64,000 bases of DNA. Source: Phoronis australis (taxonomy: Eukaryota; Animalia; Phoronida). The notes beneath the pieces were generated by a model. That model saw only the letters and a program-made list of their open reading frames with translations, did not search any database and had not been told where the DNA came from. Within the stretch, counting starts at the first letter, position 1; each line of letters opens with the position of its first letter. The position numbers and the translations under genes were made by a program. Positions 50,431 through 64,000 of this stretch are shown piece after piece. The DNA is taken from assembly GCA_002633005.1 (NCBI GenBank), contig NMRA01000328.1, positions 256,134 to 320,133 on the forward strand, in the 5' to 3' direction.

Positions 50431-53400
50431 GTGAGTTTGATGCAAAATTGCTTTAGAACTGCATGGTACCCAAAAGTAGCAATTATACACACCGTGGGAA
50501 CATTCTCTAAAGTTGTTTGACAAAGCTCCTAACGTAGACTTATTTTTTGCCTCATTTTATTGTCCCATTTTTATCAGATGAATGACATAGGCGGATTTAG
50601 GCGGGGCCCAACGGGCCCGGGACTTCCCTCCTTGGCTGCCGCAAAAAAATAAAACAGCAAGAGCGTAGGGAAATGTTGAGTTTATTATTTAACCCCGGTA
50701 ATTAACATTATACGGATGAAACAAGATTTAAATGTGTGCTGTTTTAGTATGTTTCCAGGGGGGAGGGGCTCAGATCCAATTTCAAGTGTCAAATTCGGAA
50801 CACGGCGCAATCGTAATGGAATTATTGCTAAGTATAGGCTCTCCTGCGATATCCCAGACGACCGGCAGTGGCGCTGCGCACTACGAGTCCGTTTCTGTTA
50901 TCTGCTTCACTGTGCAATGAAGTAAATTTAACTTCATTTTTTAAAGAAAATGGAATCTGAGTGACAATGAAAAAACAGAAGCTGCTGGTAAGATGTGAAT
51001 TTTAATCTAAGCCTTAGTGAATCACTCAGAAAGTCATAATTCTCTCTTTGTCAAACCTTAACCTAAGACGATTTCCAAAGCAATCGCGTCATTAATGCCA
51101 ACACAAAAAAAACGGATTTGGTCTTTTGGGCAATTGAAGAATATTTTAAATACAACAAATTCGTTATGAACTGATTGCACAAAATATAAAAAGTATAATA
51201 TGCATTACAAAAAGAAGTAGGTGTCGCGTGCAACCGCATTTGATTTTGAAGGTGAGTGAAGCCAAACAAAACCTGAGGTAGCATTGGTGTGCGTAAATTG
51301 AGCCCTGCAGTACATGTGTGATATTTGAAATAGTAGCAAAATTGCTGTGAAATAGAGATATTGAAATGGCACTTATGTTCTAGCCAACTACTGTTTGACT
51401 CCAACCTGCATAACTGTGTCAAGCTCTGTCCTCAACTCCATGGACCCAACAAAAGACCCCTGTGAGGACTTCTACCAGTATGCGTGTGGGGGTTGGATCA
51501 AGTCACACCCCATCCCCTCAGGACACTCCAGGTGGAGTACGTTTGGAGTTTTGTGGAAAGAAAATGAAGTGGTGCTCAAAAATGCTTTAGGTGGGTTTGT
51601 TTTTCATGTAAAATCACTGTTACTACGGATAGTAATGAGCAATAACTCATCTTCTGTGGTATGAATGACCAGGAACAGGAATGGAAATCACTCAACTTCT
51701 AACAAGAAACACTGACAGAAGTCTCGTACCTGGAATAGGAGTCGTCGACCTTAAAAAACATATCACTCACCTCAAAGAACTGCCTTGTACAACAAAGAGA
51801 ATTATGAATAAGAGCTGCATGGTTGTAGAAGTTGTGCTGTTGCCTGATATTTGTCTTCTTTTTCATGCATATTGTATGCACTGATTGGAAAAAATAGAAC
51901 ATGTCTTCAGCGTTCCTCGCATGAATTGATCTTACCACCACATTGTTCAATCAGACCGGTGCAGAATATTTCATGGAAAGCATTATGCAACGTGATAGCG
52001 TAAATGTTGCCATAGAAGCACCATTTCTAAGGCTAGTGATTTTAGCTTTTGGGTCAGCTTTTAGGTCAGCATTTGAAGGTGAGTGATTTCTTTCCAAGGT
52101 CAGTGATTAATTTCCTTCAAGCCTGTGTTATGTTAGTAGCAATTGGAATGCTGTCCTTGATATACCTTGACTGACTGTGCAGTAAACAACTTGTGCAATA
52201 TAAGTGAAGCAACTACCATCTATTCTTCATTTGTAAATTATTTTTATGCGAAATCAATATTTTGTGCTGTAAAAACTAAAAATATTTTGTACATGTTTGT
52301 CATCATGTGGTTTCATTTTAAATGGGCATTCCTTCATTTTCGAGTGCTAAAAATCTTGTTTTAAATCTAGATTTATTAACATGTTTTCACAAATGAAAAT
52401 TTTCCTTCATACTCGCTGAAATGTTTATCATGAACCTGATTTCTTATGCACCCAAAACATTTGGTAATCCTTTCAATACCATGGTAGAAAATGATTTTCT
52501 TCTCTAAACAAATCAACCAGTACTTCAGCAAGCATAGAGAAGACAATCAAAAACACATTTCAGCCGAGGGTTGGCCAATTGTTTCCGAATTTGTTGGCAT
52601 AATTTCAGTGCCTTTTTAGTGTAAGAATCATTTGGAATTTTGTTAGAGCTAATGGGTGTATTTCATGATTTCTATGCTTTGACTGTGAGAAGTGAGGAGA
52701 TACTTGTTAGTGAACAAAGTTGTACAATAAGCCATTGTAGTGTTAGCACTGCTTTAAAGATTGTTTTATTGTGTGTCCGTACAGTATGTGGCCCCTAAAC
52801 ATTCCTGGATTTTCTTAAATAGATCATACGCATTTTAGGTAAGTTAACTCTTGATGGAGGATTGGTGTTTGCAAAAGAGTATACAAAAAGTTTCACACTC
52901 AGTTTATTGTTATTCCTGATTTTTGTTTGTTTTTTTCTGACACATTCAACTTTTGTCATTTCTAAAGTGTGGTGTTTCACTTCAAACGATGCCTTATTTG
53001 GGTTTGTTGGTTGGATATTATTCTGACCTTGTATTCTTTTTTCTTATACCTAAAGGAGTTTTGTATATCATTTTGTATTTGTTATGAGCGCTATTGCTCA
53101 AGAAAGCGTGACTTTGATTTTATTCGTTTTACCCAACCTGCACAGACCTCTTGTGTTGCATTATCTTGTTGGTAAATTTGGTAGCGTTTAAGTCCTTTGT
53201 TTTCTATTAAAATTTGCAGCTTTAGTGAGTAATGAATCAATAAACAAGTGTTTACTTCAAGCAACCTGTTTCAACAACTCATGTTGCTGTTCTCTTGTCC
53301 GGTGATAAAGTTCACCAAAGGTCATCAAGCTTTTGTGGTTAGCTATGGGAAATGTACTGTTACAGTCATCAACATTTCATACTTGTCAACTATTTGCCTG

Positions 53401-56400
53401 ATTGCATAATCCATGTATAAATATTTTGATTTAGGTTTGTTTCAGCAACGTGCACCATATTTATATCAGTTTTGATCGCAAATGAAAACTATACTTCTCT
53501 GTCGTAAAATGATTTAGAAAAACATTATTTTGTTTGATTTGCACGAATACTTAAACCTCCTTGGTTGGTTATTGTTTTTAATGAATATTGGACGTGTTCA
53601 AAGTGGTAAATTTGTTGCCTTTCAATATTTCAGAAAAACCATTCTCAAGTTTTAAAAGTGAAGCTGAGAAAAAAGCTAAGAGATATTACATGTCGTGCAT
53701 GGATGAAACGGGAAGAGTGGAAAAGTTAGGAGCACAGCCCATGTTGGATTTAATAAGGTGAGTGTATAATATTGAAAAGTTTTAGTAAGGGATAATGGTG
53801 ACCTGTCATTCAAGCTAATAATTCCCTCTGTCGGGTTCTGGGGCCCTGTAAAATTAAAAGTCTGCCATCTTTGGAGTGAAAACATTGGTTGTGAAGGGAA
53901 GCGATTTGACATTTCTGATGCAGTTATAGAACTTACATTGCAGATCAACAATATTAGTTATAAGAAAGGGGGGAACTGCCTTTCACAGATAAAAACGCAG
54001 CTCCACCATCAAATGAATATATGCCTGGATAATGCATGGATTACTGTGTAGTACCAATCAATAAACTAGTGAAATAAATTACCATCATAATGCTTTACAA
54101 ATATTTTGTTATTACTTTAATTGTACCTAAAGGGAATTAACAATTAAGCTTAGACCTGTGAATGCAGCTTGACTTAATGAAACATCAGCGGTGACGCTTA
54201 ACACTAGATGACCTTGAGACAGTAAAAATTCTCAAATGCTGTCAAATTGTCTGGAAGTAGTTTTCCCACTATTATTTGTTCTATGAAATTTGTTACAGAA
54301 GCAACTAATGTCATCGAACATAAGAGTACAAAACAAAACAAGTGTACTGCTTTCACCTTGTTTGTTTGAATCAATGAGGCTTGGTGTGTCAATGGGCTGG
54401 GGTAATCGTGCAGTGAATGGGTTCAAAGGTTAGATGTACCACTGCATCTTTGTTTGATTCCCGTGAACTAATTATTCAGCTCTATATGGCAACAATTTGA
54501 GTGAAGTATTACCTGCACACAGATAAAATATGTTCCTGTAGTACCCTTACAAAGAATTTTTCCATATTGGCTTTACACTTGTACATGACGACAGTAACTA
54601 GTGTAGGCGTGGCCTAAGTTTGTTTGTTGGAAGTACGCAATCCTTTAAAGATAAAGTATCCAGGCTTTCATTTCAATAATTGGCCATTGAAACTGATTCA
54701 TTTGATCTAACTAGCACTTCTGAACATTACGTGGAAAAATTTGCTAATTAACTCAATTTATGGCTAGAATGATGTCAAGTTGAGAAATCGCGGTGTTCAA
54801 TGATACAAATAATTCAAGTATTAAATCATGCAAGATGTAATAACCTTGTCCTGATTCTGTTCTTTGTAATGCTTCAAGAACAAACTGATTGTATCATTAC
54901 ACTATATAATTATGTACACTGTATATACATATCATGAATTTGGTTGTGAATTGCATTATTACTGCATCAATTCTGAATTATACCAATTCAAGTTATTTAG
55001 GAGACTTATGATATGCCATCACATGTGCTTCAGTGAAATAAGGACCATATGGAAATGATAATGCCCAATTTAGCTAGGGAAAAGGTAATGTAATTAGTCA
55101 AGAAGTAGTTCGTGTGTGTTTTGTAGTTTGACAACACAGTTACTGCATGTACAGAACTGATGAAATGAAGTTAGTTTACATGGTTGTCATCTAGTGTCCT
55201 TTTTGATTCATCCTTGCTACAAATTTGAAAGGGTGTCGAGATGTTTTGTACCACCATACTAGTCCAGATAAACAGCCACGTTCAGCTTAGCGCTCTCCTC
55301 TTAATTTTCCAAATTTTCAACATCCATGCTCGATGAAACCTCCACCTCTTGATTTTTAATTTTCCAATTTAAACATACTGGGCATTCACCTTGATGAGTG
55401 CAATATATTATCAAAAGTATTGGAACATTTGCTAAATTTTGTGTCAAAACTGTTGTACTGCGGATGTTCTTTATACTTATTTCTCTAAACATTTCATGAT
55501 TGAGTGCTCATTTCTACATTATATGCAATTTTGTGCATTTTGTGATACGTTCAGGTCATCTAAGCAGTCAGTTCAAATTTGACATTCTCACTGTCTGGTA
55601 GCCTTAATGACTAGATCTTGCTGTTTGTCTGAGCTAGCCAAAATCAATATAATTCAGTGAAGCTACGAGACAGTGCTGTACTTATGAAGCACTTGTAATG
55701 ACTATTGCGTAGTTTTCTGGCACGGATCAACGACCGTGACCAGAGGGGATCTTACGATGAGCAGATGTAGTGGGCACTTATTATTACCCCTGCAGTGATT
55801 CAAAAGTGACCGGTTAGGGGCTATTCAGGCTTGTGAACCTACCCTTTTTCAGAACTGTTGCTTGCTCTGTGCAGAAATGTACATAATGTAACCTGCAGAG
55901 AACCTTTAAAGTGCACTGACGAGGTGACATGTCAATTCAGATAAAACATTTTACACATAGAATCAAACTGAAATTTAAAATTTTTGTAAAATGATCCAGA
56001 ATGTAGGTAGTACCTCTTCCAATTCTGCTCTGCAAATGTGGCCACTCCATTGTTTATTAAATATTATGTTAAATGTATTGAATATATAAATCAGGATGAA
56101 ACATTCTAACAAATAAATAGAAGCACAATATGATTTATTGTTAACTTTGGATATCACTGGAAGTTGCCAAAGCAACTAATCATTTGCAGTTGAAAACTTC
56201 TGCGCAAATATTGTTTTGACAAGGTTTGGCTTAACCAGGTTGTTACCTCTGAAGTAATCTTTATCAACTTCCTCTCACAGTGTGTGGTAGATTGTTGTTT
56301 GCCAGTGTAGCAAAGCTAAGAAGAAAATAAGTCTAAGTTAAGTACACTTATCGTAATCTATTTTGCACAGGGTAAGCCGTGAGCTATGTTGCAGAGTAAA

Positions 56401-59400
56401 ACAAGATGAGGATTGCGAATAATGTCATTTGTTATGACGTAAATAGACAAAATTAAACAAGACTGGGCATGGAAAAAACGCCATAATAGCAGTCTGGGAA
56501 TACTGACATCGCCCATCCGAGGAAGCGTAACCCGGGCAATAACAATGGTAGACTATGCGCAATATATGGACTAATAAAGGTATGACCGAAAACTAGAATA
56601 CAAAAGCTAGGATATAAAAGACTAGAATATAAACAAACATGAGAATAAAAATTCAACAATGGAGGTAAAGGTAACTAGGCCTAATGACTAGAATTTGCAA
56701 AGTCTGCAACTACAAACGTGTGGGCACAGGCTGCAACTACAGACCTGCGAATGGGATGAGGTAGGCTGCAACAACAGACCTGACCTGGGGGGTTGAAACC
56801 ACAGACCTAGAGTAGTGGGAGTGGCTGAAAAGCAAAAGGAGAGCAATGGCGACCTGTAACAACAGACTCACCAGGAGTTGAGGAAGCTGGGTTAAGAGGA
56901 AAAGGCAGATATGCGAATGTAGTTTTTTAGTGCATCAGATTTCCATGTGCCGGATCACCGGTTCAGGGATGCCACGGCTAGTTGCTGATGTGGCTGCGCC
57001 AATACGAAAACTATGTGACTTGTAAGACTTGGTGTCGAGGCCTGTAAAGGAAACTACTTTAGTTAACATGGAGTTGAAGCAGGAACGTGTAACTGGTGAT
57101 CCATTGAGGTGTTGGAACAGGGGACCTGGAGAGGGCTGAAAGTAGAAAAGTACAAGGTTAGGGCAGCTACAGGGCAATGGGGAGATTGAATGGACAGAAT
57201 TGTAAGTGAGACTGGTCCCGAGCTGTGCTTGGAAGTATGCATAGTGATGACCACCGAATCGCCAGAGGACAGGAAGACGACGTCGCGGACCTGTATGACA
57301 TGGGAAGAGAGAGAGGAAGAGGTGACTGTGAGTTCACCGACTCTGAGGAAGGCATGGAAGGCTAGGAGGAACATGGCACGTGCGAGAACCGAGTTGGCAA
57401 AAGAACCGAGTGCAGAAGGGCAGGCGTCAAACAAGCGGTGAAGCAAAGCAGAAGCGATGGGCATGCGTTTGTCAGAAGAGTAGCGCAGATTGGAAGTGCC
57501 TTTGAGGAGTTTTTTGATGAAAAAGGAGGATACGGGGTCGGGGAAGTTGTCAAGCTTGTGGACAAAACTAATGGCAGAGACATAGGACTGGATCAAGGAC
57601 CTACTAAGGCCAGATTCGAAAAGATGGGAGATGTAATGGGCTAGGAAAGGTGTGTTAATGGGCAAGGAAAGAGGGGAATGGTTAGAGGAGAGGTGAAGTT
57701 CTGTAAGGTTATGAAGGATGCGGGTGTAGGACTGTAGAGTGGAGGGGGTCCGGGAAAGCCCTGAGCAGTCTGGTCACGCCTTCAAGAGGTGGGGCGAGAT
57801 CGACGTCAGATGACGGCTGAGCCAAGAACCCTGGAAAAAGCAACCTCAAAGTTGAAACGAGAAAGACAATCAGCAACGACGTTAGTGTAGCCAGGGTTAT
57901 GTTTTGCCCGAAAATGAACGTTAAATGTAAGAGCGGAGATGACCAGACCACGAACAAGGGACATAATGGTTTGACGGGAAGAGGTCTTGTTGATAATGTC
58001 AACGACGGCACTGTTGTCGCACAGGAAGAGAATCTTTTGGTTGGCGAGCTTCGAGCCCCACAGCTCTAGTGTTATGACTATAGGAAGGAGTTGCAGGTGC
58101 TCTTCCCACAGGTAGGCAAACCAGGAAGCCCTCAACGTTGCAGCAAACCGCCATTGGAGCCTGCAGCGTCAGAGTACAGTTCGATGGTTGAATAGGAACA
58201 GTGTTTTCCTGTTGAAGTCTTGGAGGAAGATGGACCAAGCCGGGAGGTCGCTATGGCTTCTTTATTGAGGGTGACGAAGTGGTCTGGTCTTGTAATACCA
58301 ATGGTGAGATTGATGAGGCGGCACAGGAAGGCGCGGTCGGGCACGATGACGGAGCAGGCGAAGTTTAGTAGACTAAGGAGGGATTGAACATCACGAAGAG
58401 TAATCTTCCGGCGCTTCTAGAAGTTGAAGAGGAGGTTAGCTTTGTCCACCTTGTCCTGTGGGAGAGAAGCAGTCATGGTCGTAGAGTCGAGATGGATGCC
58501 ATAAATGGTGATGGAGGAGGTCGGCTGAATCGTCTTGTCGTGGTTGATAGGGATGCCTATGGAGTCGCAGAGTGATCTGAAAGCGGCGAGGTCCCGAGAG
58601 CATTTTGGTGAGGAAAAAGAAGTCGTCGAGGTAGTGGGAAACACCGGCGACATTCAACTTGTTTTCCAGGATCCATTGAATCGCAGAAATGACCTTCTCG
58701 AAGATGTTGCAGCTGCAGGCACCTGTTGTAGTAGAAGTTGTTGGCCCAGGATAGACCTAAAAGTTGGTAGTCATCAGGATGAACCGGTACGATGCAAAAA
58801 GCGTCCTTGATGCCAGTCTTAGCCATGAGGGAGTTGTGTCCAAACCGTTGAACCAGGAGCATTTTCCAAGTCCAGACATCCACCTTCTCTGTTGTTAAGT
58901 GTTTGTGCACTGGTAGTCTTTTGTCAGCATTAAAACACCAATTGTCACTGGCTTTAAAAAAGATTTTTCAGCCAGTAATTTTGCATGGAAATTGCTGTGT
59001 TCCAGGAATACTTAGATGTCTCGATTGTTTGTGATGTCAAATATTAATAGCATGGCATTTGTGGTTATTGTACTAATCTATTGATGAAAGCAAGGCGTCA
59101 TGAACAGCTGAGTTTCAAATGAATGGATAAAAATTTAAACGGAAGGAAATTTTTTTTCAATGCATTTGTTGTTTTATGTTAGCCTTAGTCATTGTCCGAT
59201 ACGTGATGCGCCCACGTGATGTGCCCACGTTCACCACGTGAGATCCTTTTGATCAATTTGATGTGAATGTTGTTTTAAGTCTTTTGATATAAATATGGAA
59301 GAAAAAGCATTACTTCCCCTGTCTGTGTTAATAGTCAGACAATCAAAAAGCATTACTTCCCCTGTCTGTGTTAATAGTCAGACAATCAATCACTTGACGA

Positions 59401-62400
59401 TTAAATGGTCATTCTTGTTCCTGTGTTCAGAGCTGTCAGCAAAAGGTAGCGTTTGTTTTTGGATCAATTTTCAAGTGCATGGCAGTTATCGCTGATGGTG
59501 TTTGTTAGGAATGAACAGAGGTCATAGTGGAGAATAATCCTCTGATATCTTCCAAATCTGTTCTCCGGTACAGAAGTCATGTCTATGTTGCCAAACGCTT
59601 TGTTTTTCATACATATTAATTTAAAAACAAATTTGTAAAGATAAGGTTGTCATTGAGTGTGTCAGTGTTCTCCTTGACATGAATACATTTGTAGGCAAAT
59701 ATATGTAATACTGCAGGTCACGAAATCGAGTGCTGAGGTGTGATTGGTTATATCCCAAGTATCATGGTACGTGGCCCAAGTTCCTGTTGGATTTACCATA
59801 TTAAAGTTTTACATGCTACCAGCCCACATTGATTTACGTAACAAATCGTGCTATCTTGTGTTAGTTTATTAATATGTTAGGTCATAGAACAATCACCCAG
59901 GAATCAATTAAAATTAAAGTAAATTACCAGTGTATTAAATTCATGTATTGTCAGAAACAATAGTATTTTTCTCTTATCTTTTTATGACAAATAAACTACT
60001 GAAAAACGCTCGAATTTCATAAGGCCTAATGTATTGTACTTGACGATAAATGAGACAAGTACTGCATTCATGTCAATTGTATGGCCTAAACAAATGTTTA
60101 TCAGTTCATTTTGCAATGGTAAAACTATCCTGAATATATGTTTACTGCTATGACAGTGCAGTATGCAGGTTACAACAAGTAATTATAGTTTTTATTACTG
60201 CATTTACATGCTGCACTAAAATGCTGGGGGTTTTTGTTGCTCTTTCGCTTGTTGCAAAATACCATTATTGTGAACAGTTGCAAGGGTCATTTTCACTGTT
60301 GCTTTGCAGGTGATTTGATTAAGCGCTGATGCAACTTGAAACTAACAAGTCTATGGTTTATTTAATTATTAATATATATAAACCTAAAATTCCTGGGAGT
60401 TTCACTGGCACTTTTGTAGCAAAACTACGAATTTTGTTGGAAAATTACAAATTTCAAAAAATACACATGCTCTGGGAAATGAGTGAACAAGAAACATTCA
60501 ACATAGAACTCTCTAGTGTTGTGAGAATACAAAAGTTTCTTCGGTTTGACTCAGTCAGGGCTCGACATTAACTTTTATTTTAACTTGTCTAGTCAGACAA
60601 GTAGAAATGAAATTTACTTGCCCTGACCTATAAGACACTTGTCCAAAGATAATTAAACTCAAATTATAATTTTCAAACATATCGTGTGAATGTCGCACAT
60701 TATACTTGTTAGCACAAGCCCAATAAACATGTGTAAGAGCATATATTACACGACATTTAAATTTTGCACAAGTTTATTAAAGTGGCTATTTGTATTTGGA
60801 TTTCACCAGTGAACACGCTACAAGCTTACCCTGGCTTTTCAATTTAGTTATATAATGTATTTTTATAACCCACTGAGTGAGCCTTCGACTGTTCATGACT
60901 TTTCAAAGATTCGATCCTGGACATATCTGACCCAGACGCAACAGATGAACTGTTTGCGTCGGCGTATTTTTCACACGGGACACAACACATTTTATTTCTG
61001 GTTGGTATCAAACCGTACGATAACCAGTCAAAATCTTTCTTTCATTTCCGAAGGAATTCCCGTTTTCGTTTATTGGTTTCATACTGTTGCTTGGTGATTT
61101 CACGCCATTTGGTTTAGTTACCAGTTGCAAGATCAGAACTCCTTGACTTGAAGCCATATGCAAACTAACTACCGTACTCGTCTGCGTTACCGCCCTGGGC
61201 ACTTAAATTGGGAAATCTAAAAAAACGGGGTGGGCGGTAAGCCGAACATGGGCGGTTAAAGTCGAAATTTTGGAAAAGTCAGGAGTTTTTGCTTACTGCA
61301 CGGAGGTCTGATTTCACCCGAACGGAGATACACTGATGTCGGACTTCAAGCATATCAGTTAAAATATAGATGGGGGGATTGAAGTAACGGACTTTGACGG
61401 CCTGCGCACACGATACAGTGGCGTCATGATCCTGACCGTGATTGGGTTTTTACGTACCTCGGTCGCTGCTGGTCATCTCTTAGAATTAAGGTATTCCTAC
61501 AGGAAGGCATGTGTTCAGAAGGGCAAGTTTCTTGAGGGAAAAGACAGATCAAGAAAGACTCCGCTAGTTTGCAGTGTATCTTTTAGGGAAGCACTTGATT
61601 GTTTAAAGATTTGCTGGACACTTAGGCAACCAAGCATGTGCTAATGATTGACAGGTCTTCTTCAGTACTGAATACTTTGAACTTAGGCAACCCAGCACCT
61701 GCGAATGATTGACAGGTCTTTGAACAATGTAACATTTTATATACATTGTACAATCTTTTTGAGTTCAAAGCCAACACCGCTGTTCAAAGCATGGCCAAGC
61801 ATGGCCCGTGCTCAACAATCGGAGGACAATACTATTAGGCAATAGGGGTACTCCGTCAGCTGCCGAAACAATGAAGCAAAAATACATTTTGTAAAAAGTC
61901 ATCAGGCAAATCAAAAGTGTTCGACTTGCACTAATGACACGTTGATTTTTTTTGGGTTCTTGCCTTTGGTTGGGCGCTTCCATTTTGGTGTCAGGAGAGA
62001 AAGTCATTAAAAACATGCGTTAAACCAAGACGGGAACAGCGACACAAGTTGGCATGTCACAATGGACCATGTCTTTTCTTATTTTAATGCTCAGGGTGGT
62101 TATGCTTCGTCTACTGTCACGGGGAATCACAGAAAGATCGGCCACGGACATGATATCCTTGTCAAGTACTGCTTTGCTGGTTCTTCTACAGCAAATGAAA
62201 TACATTCGACAAGCACTGTCTCAGTGATCAGTACATGCCGACGCGAGTTCCGCACGTGAGTCAAAGGGAACAATTGTGTCTCCTTCAGTAAAGAGCATGA
62301 GAATACGAGTGTTTTACCGCCATAGTAAGGCAAGGTCCCGGTTCCACTAAATCTGACTGATTGTCACAGAAAGGTAATCGAGTTGCGCACGTTTTGGAAT

Positions 62401-62940
62401 CATAATTTCGTGCGACGAACGCTCGCAGAAAAATCCATTGACTTGTCCTGTCGGACAAGCTGCTCGGCTGTGAGCTTGTCCGTACCAACAAATTGGTTGT
62501 CCCGGGCAGTCGGACTAACGTTAATGTGGAGCCCTGGTCAGTCTCAAATTTTGGAGGTCAAGACAGACAGAGTTGTTAAAATGAAACACAATTTCTTTCA
62601 CAGTTAGAGGTCATTTATATATTCACGTAGTAGTTCTTGAAGCCGTATCCAACTACTACATAACCTGGAACATGATCATAAGTGACTTGAGTTGTTGACC
62701 GTAATGAACCGAGTCATTTTCAACAAGAATTATTGTACTGTTTCACATTTCCTGGTACATTACTACGCCCGTTTCAGATCACTAGGTGGATGGAAGATTA
62801 GTTCGACGTCAGGAAGCTGGAATGTCTCTACATTTGACCTTAACAGATTCTTGCAAGAGGTCACTCCGTTCCTTGTGAACGCATTCTTCAGCTGGGGTGT
62901 AATGGAAGATGACAAAAATTCCTCCCGTAACATTTTGATG
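50178..62940 (+). CDS. ECE1: Endothelin-converting enzyme-like M13 (neprilysin family) type II membrane metallopeptidase, spliced, 3'-partial (exons 50178-50430, 51384-51590, 53634-53757, 62778-62940)
   Basis: Phases join. MSTQKYKRTTFEE resembles ECE-1 MSTYKRATLDEED, followed by RTxxEK plus a signal anchor, CLTPTC...MDPTKDPCEDFYQYACGGWIK...SRWSTF, AEKKAKRYYMSCMD and LGGW...EDDKNS. Likely co-ortholog of vertebrate ECE1/ECE2. Confidence 0.9.
51384..51590 (+). CDS. ECE1: ECE-like exon B (start of Peptidase M13 N-terminal domain)
   Basis: TTCTAG acceptor, G|GTGGGT donor, 207 nt; DPCEDFYQYACGGW. Confidence 0.95.
53634..53757 (+). CDS. ECE1: ECE-like exon C (EKPFSSFKSEAEKKAKRYYMSCMDETGRVEKLGAQPMLDLIR)
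   Basis: TTTCAG acceptor, AG|GTGAGT donor, 124 nt, phase 1 to 2. Confidence 0.93.
56340..58860 (-). mobile_element. 5'-truncated DIRS/Ngaro-type tyrosine-recombinase retrotransposon (RT, RNase H and YR pseudogenes)
   Basis: RT MAKTGIKDAF..PVHP and YLDDFF; RNase H LYSDAAG, CDNSAVV and NVVADCLSR; YR FHAFLRVGELT, CPV and YKSHSFRIGAAT. Boundaries approximate. Confidence 0.9.
56920..57665 (-). pseudogene. Tyrosine recombinase of the DIRS-type element (frameshifted)
   Basis: ORFs 57063-57665 and 56935-57177 carry the catalytic R and HxxR motifs in different frames. Confidence 0.88.
59301..59389. repeat. 44-bp tandem duplication
   Basis: AAAAAGCATTACTTCCCCTGTCTGTGTTAATAGTCAGACAATC twice. Confidence 0.9.
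60556..62536. mobile_element. Non-autonomous hAT-like element (CAGGGCTCGAC termini) containing a pogo-type end at about 61172
   Basis: CAGGGCTCGACATTAAC...GTTAATGTGGAGCCCTG; flanks CTCAGT/GTCAGT. Confidence 0.8.
62778..62940 (+). CDS. ECE1: ECE-like exon D (SLGGW...DDKNSSRNILM)
   Basis: TTTCAG acceptor, ATG|GTGAGT donor, 163 nt, phase 2 to 0. Confidence 0.92.
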
Positions 62941-63071
62941 GTGAGTTCTATCTGTTGTTATAACAGCAGGTGACGTCCTGATACAATCTCTTTCCAAAAT
63001 TTCAATTAAAAAGCTGGCTTAACAATGAAAATCGAAAAAGGCTGTACGGTTACTGTCATCAAATGAGTCTT

Positions 63072-63167
63072 ATTATATTCCTCACCATGACAGTATTCTG
63101 TCGCATTATATTCCTCACCATGACAGTATTCTGTCTCATTTTATTCCTCACCATGACAAATATTCTG
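63072..63167. repeat. 33-bp tandem repeat, 3 units
   Basis: ATTATATTCCTCACCATGACAGTATTCTGTC repeated. Confidence 0.9.
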
Positions 63168-64000
63168 CAAGGCTTGGAATTTTCTGCGGAAACGCGGATT
63201 TTCGCTTTTTTTTCTTATTCCCTCAGCGCATTTTTGTTATATTTCTGCGGAAAAAATCGGATTTGCCATAAAATTTCCGCATTAAATTGGTTTCTAACCG
63301 CGGCGTTGCTGACGACTCGAAAAGCCGAAATTGCTCTTTATGTTTTGGAGGAACGAAGATCGTAATTGCCGGGGCACCTGGGATTGCGTGGTTCATCAAT
63401 GGCGTTTGCATATGGTATTAATTGCGGTGACAAATAGTGCGATTCTGCAGCCAAAAATGCGTGGAGCTTGGAGCAGACAGAATATTTTGTGGAAAAAGTG
63501 GATAAAATAAACGGTCAATGTGTTCGCAAACAACAAAGGTTTGGGTTTGCACTCTGTAAACGTTCACAGAAGGGCAATACGGCGAGCTTGGCCGAATCGT
63601 GGAGAACCACCTGAAAACGATGAAACACAAAAAAGAAAAACGCTTTCTGAAAGGAAATTCAACCTTAACTGGTAATTCATTGGATTGGAATCGTGGGGTG
63701 TGAGTGATGTGTGAAATTCTTTTGTTTGATCCCATGTGCAAGCCAAGTTGGGCGCTAGGCCCGAGTCCACCGATTTTCAACGTGCCGCTGAAACGGGATA
63801 CAACGACTTTGCCAAAGTGTTATTTTCGTGACAGCAAATGTGTTAAGTTGCTGTTGATTTATTTCAATTTATTTTGACATTTTTCATGTTTTATTTTTGT
63901 TAAGAAGTCTTATTTTGACCGACTCGAGTTTTGCAGTACAAAATAGAAGTGGTCACATGGCAGGTTCTAAATGATCTGATTGGTCCAACCCATTGTTTAC

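Overview
Eukaryotic, intron-rich, AT-rich genomic DNA from an invertebrate animal (inferred from GT-AG introns, the U2 sequence and the transposon types; taxon not determinable). It holds two divergently oriented spliced genes, both running off the window. On the minus strand is a two-pore channel TPC2 (TPCN2): 9 exons reconstructed with consistent phases, 20608 down to 1694, from the N-terminus to the first pore loop. On the plus strand is an endothelin-converting enzyme-like M13 metallopeptidase: 4 coding exons, 50178-62940, with possible 5' exons near 22.6 and 30.3 kb. A full-length U2 snRNA gene lies about 590 bp from the TPC2 start codon, head-to-head with it. Introns are packed with decayed transposons: Kolobok/THAP, pogo-type, CAG-ended elements with 5-bp TSDs, a MULE foldback, a Helentron-type HINE, a BEL/Pao LTR element with nested insertions, Gypsy remnants, a Penelope-like fragment and a DIRS-type element. 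Three single-N junctions occur (4011, 10009, 15063); the first two join near-identical tandem copies that are probably two haplotypes. I found no convincing wholly new system. The best leads are a variable tandem array of decoy splice donors after TPC2 exon 5, a 60-nt sequon-rich exon in the TPC2 domain-I pore loop, and the recurrent 5-bp-TSD elements. All family assignments come from motif recognition, not database searches.
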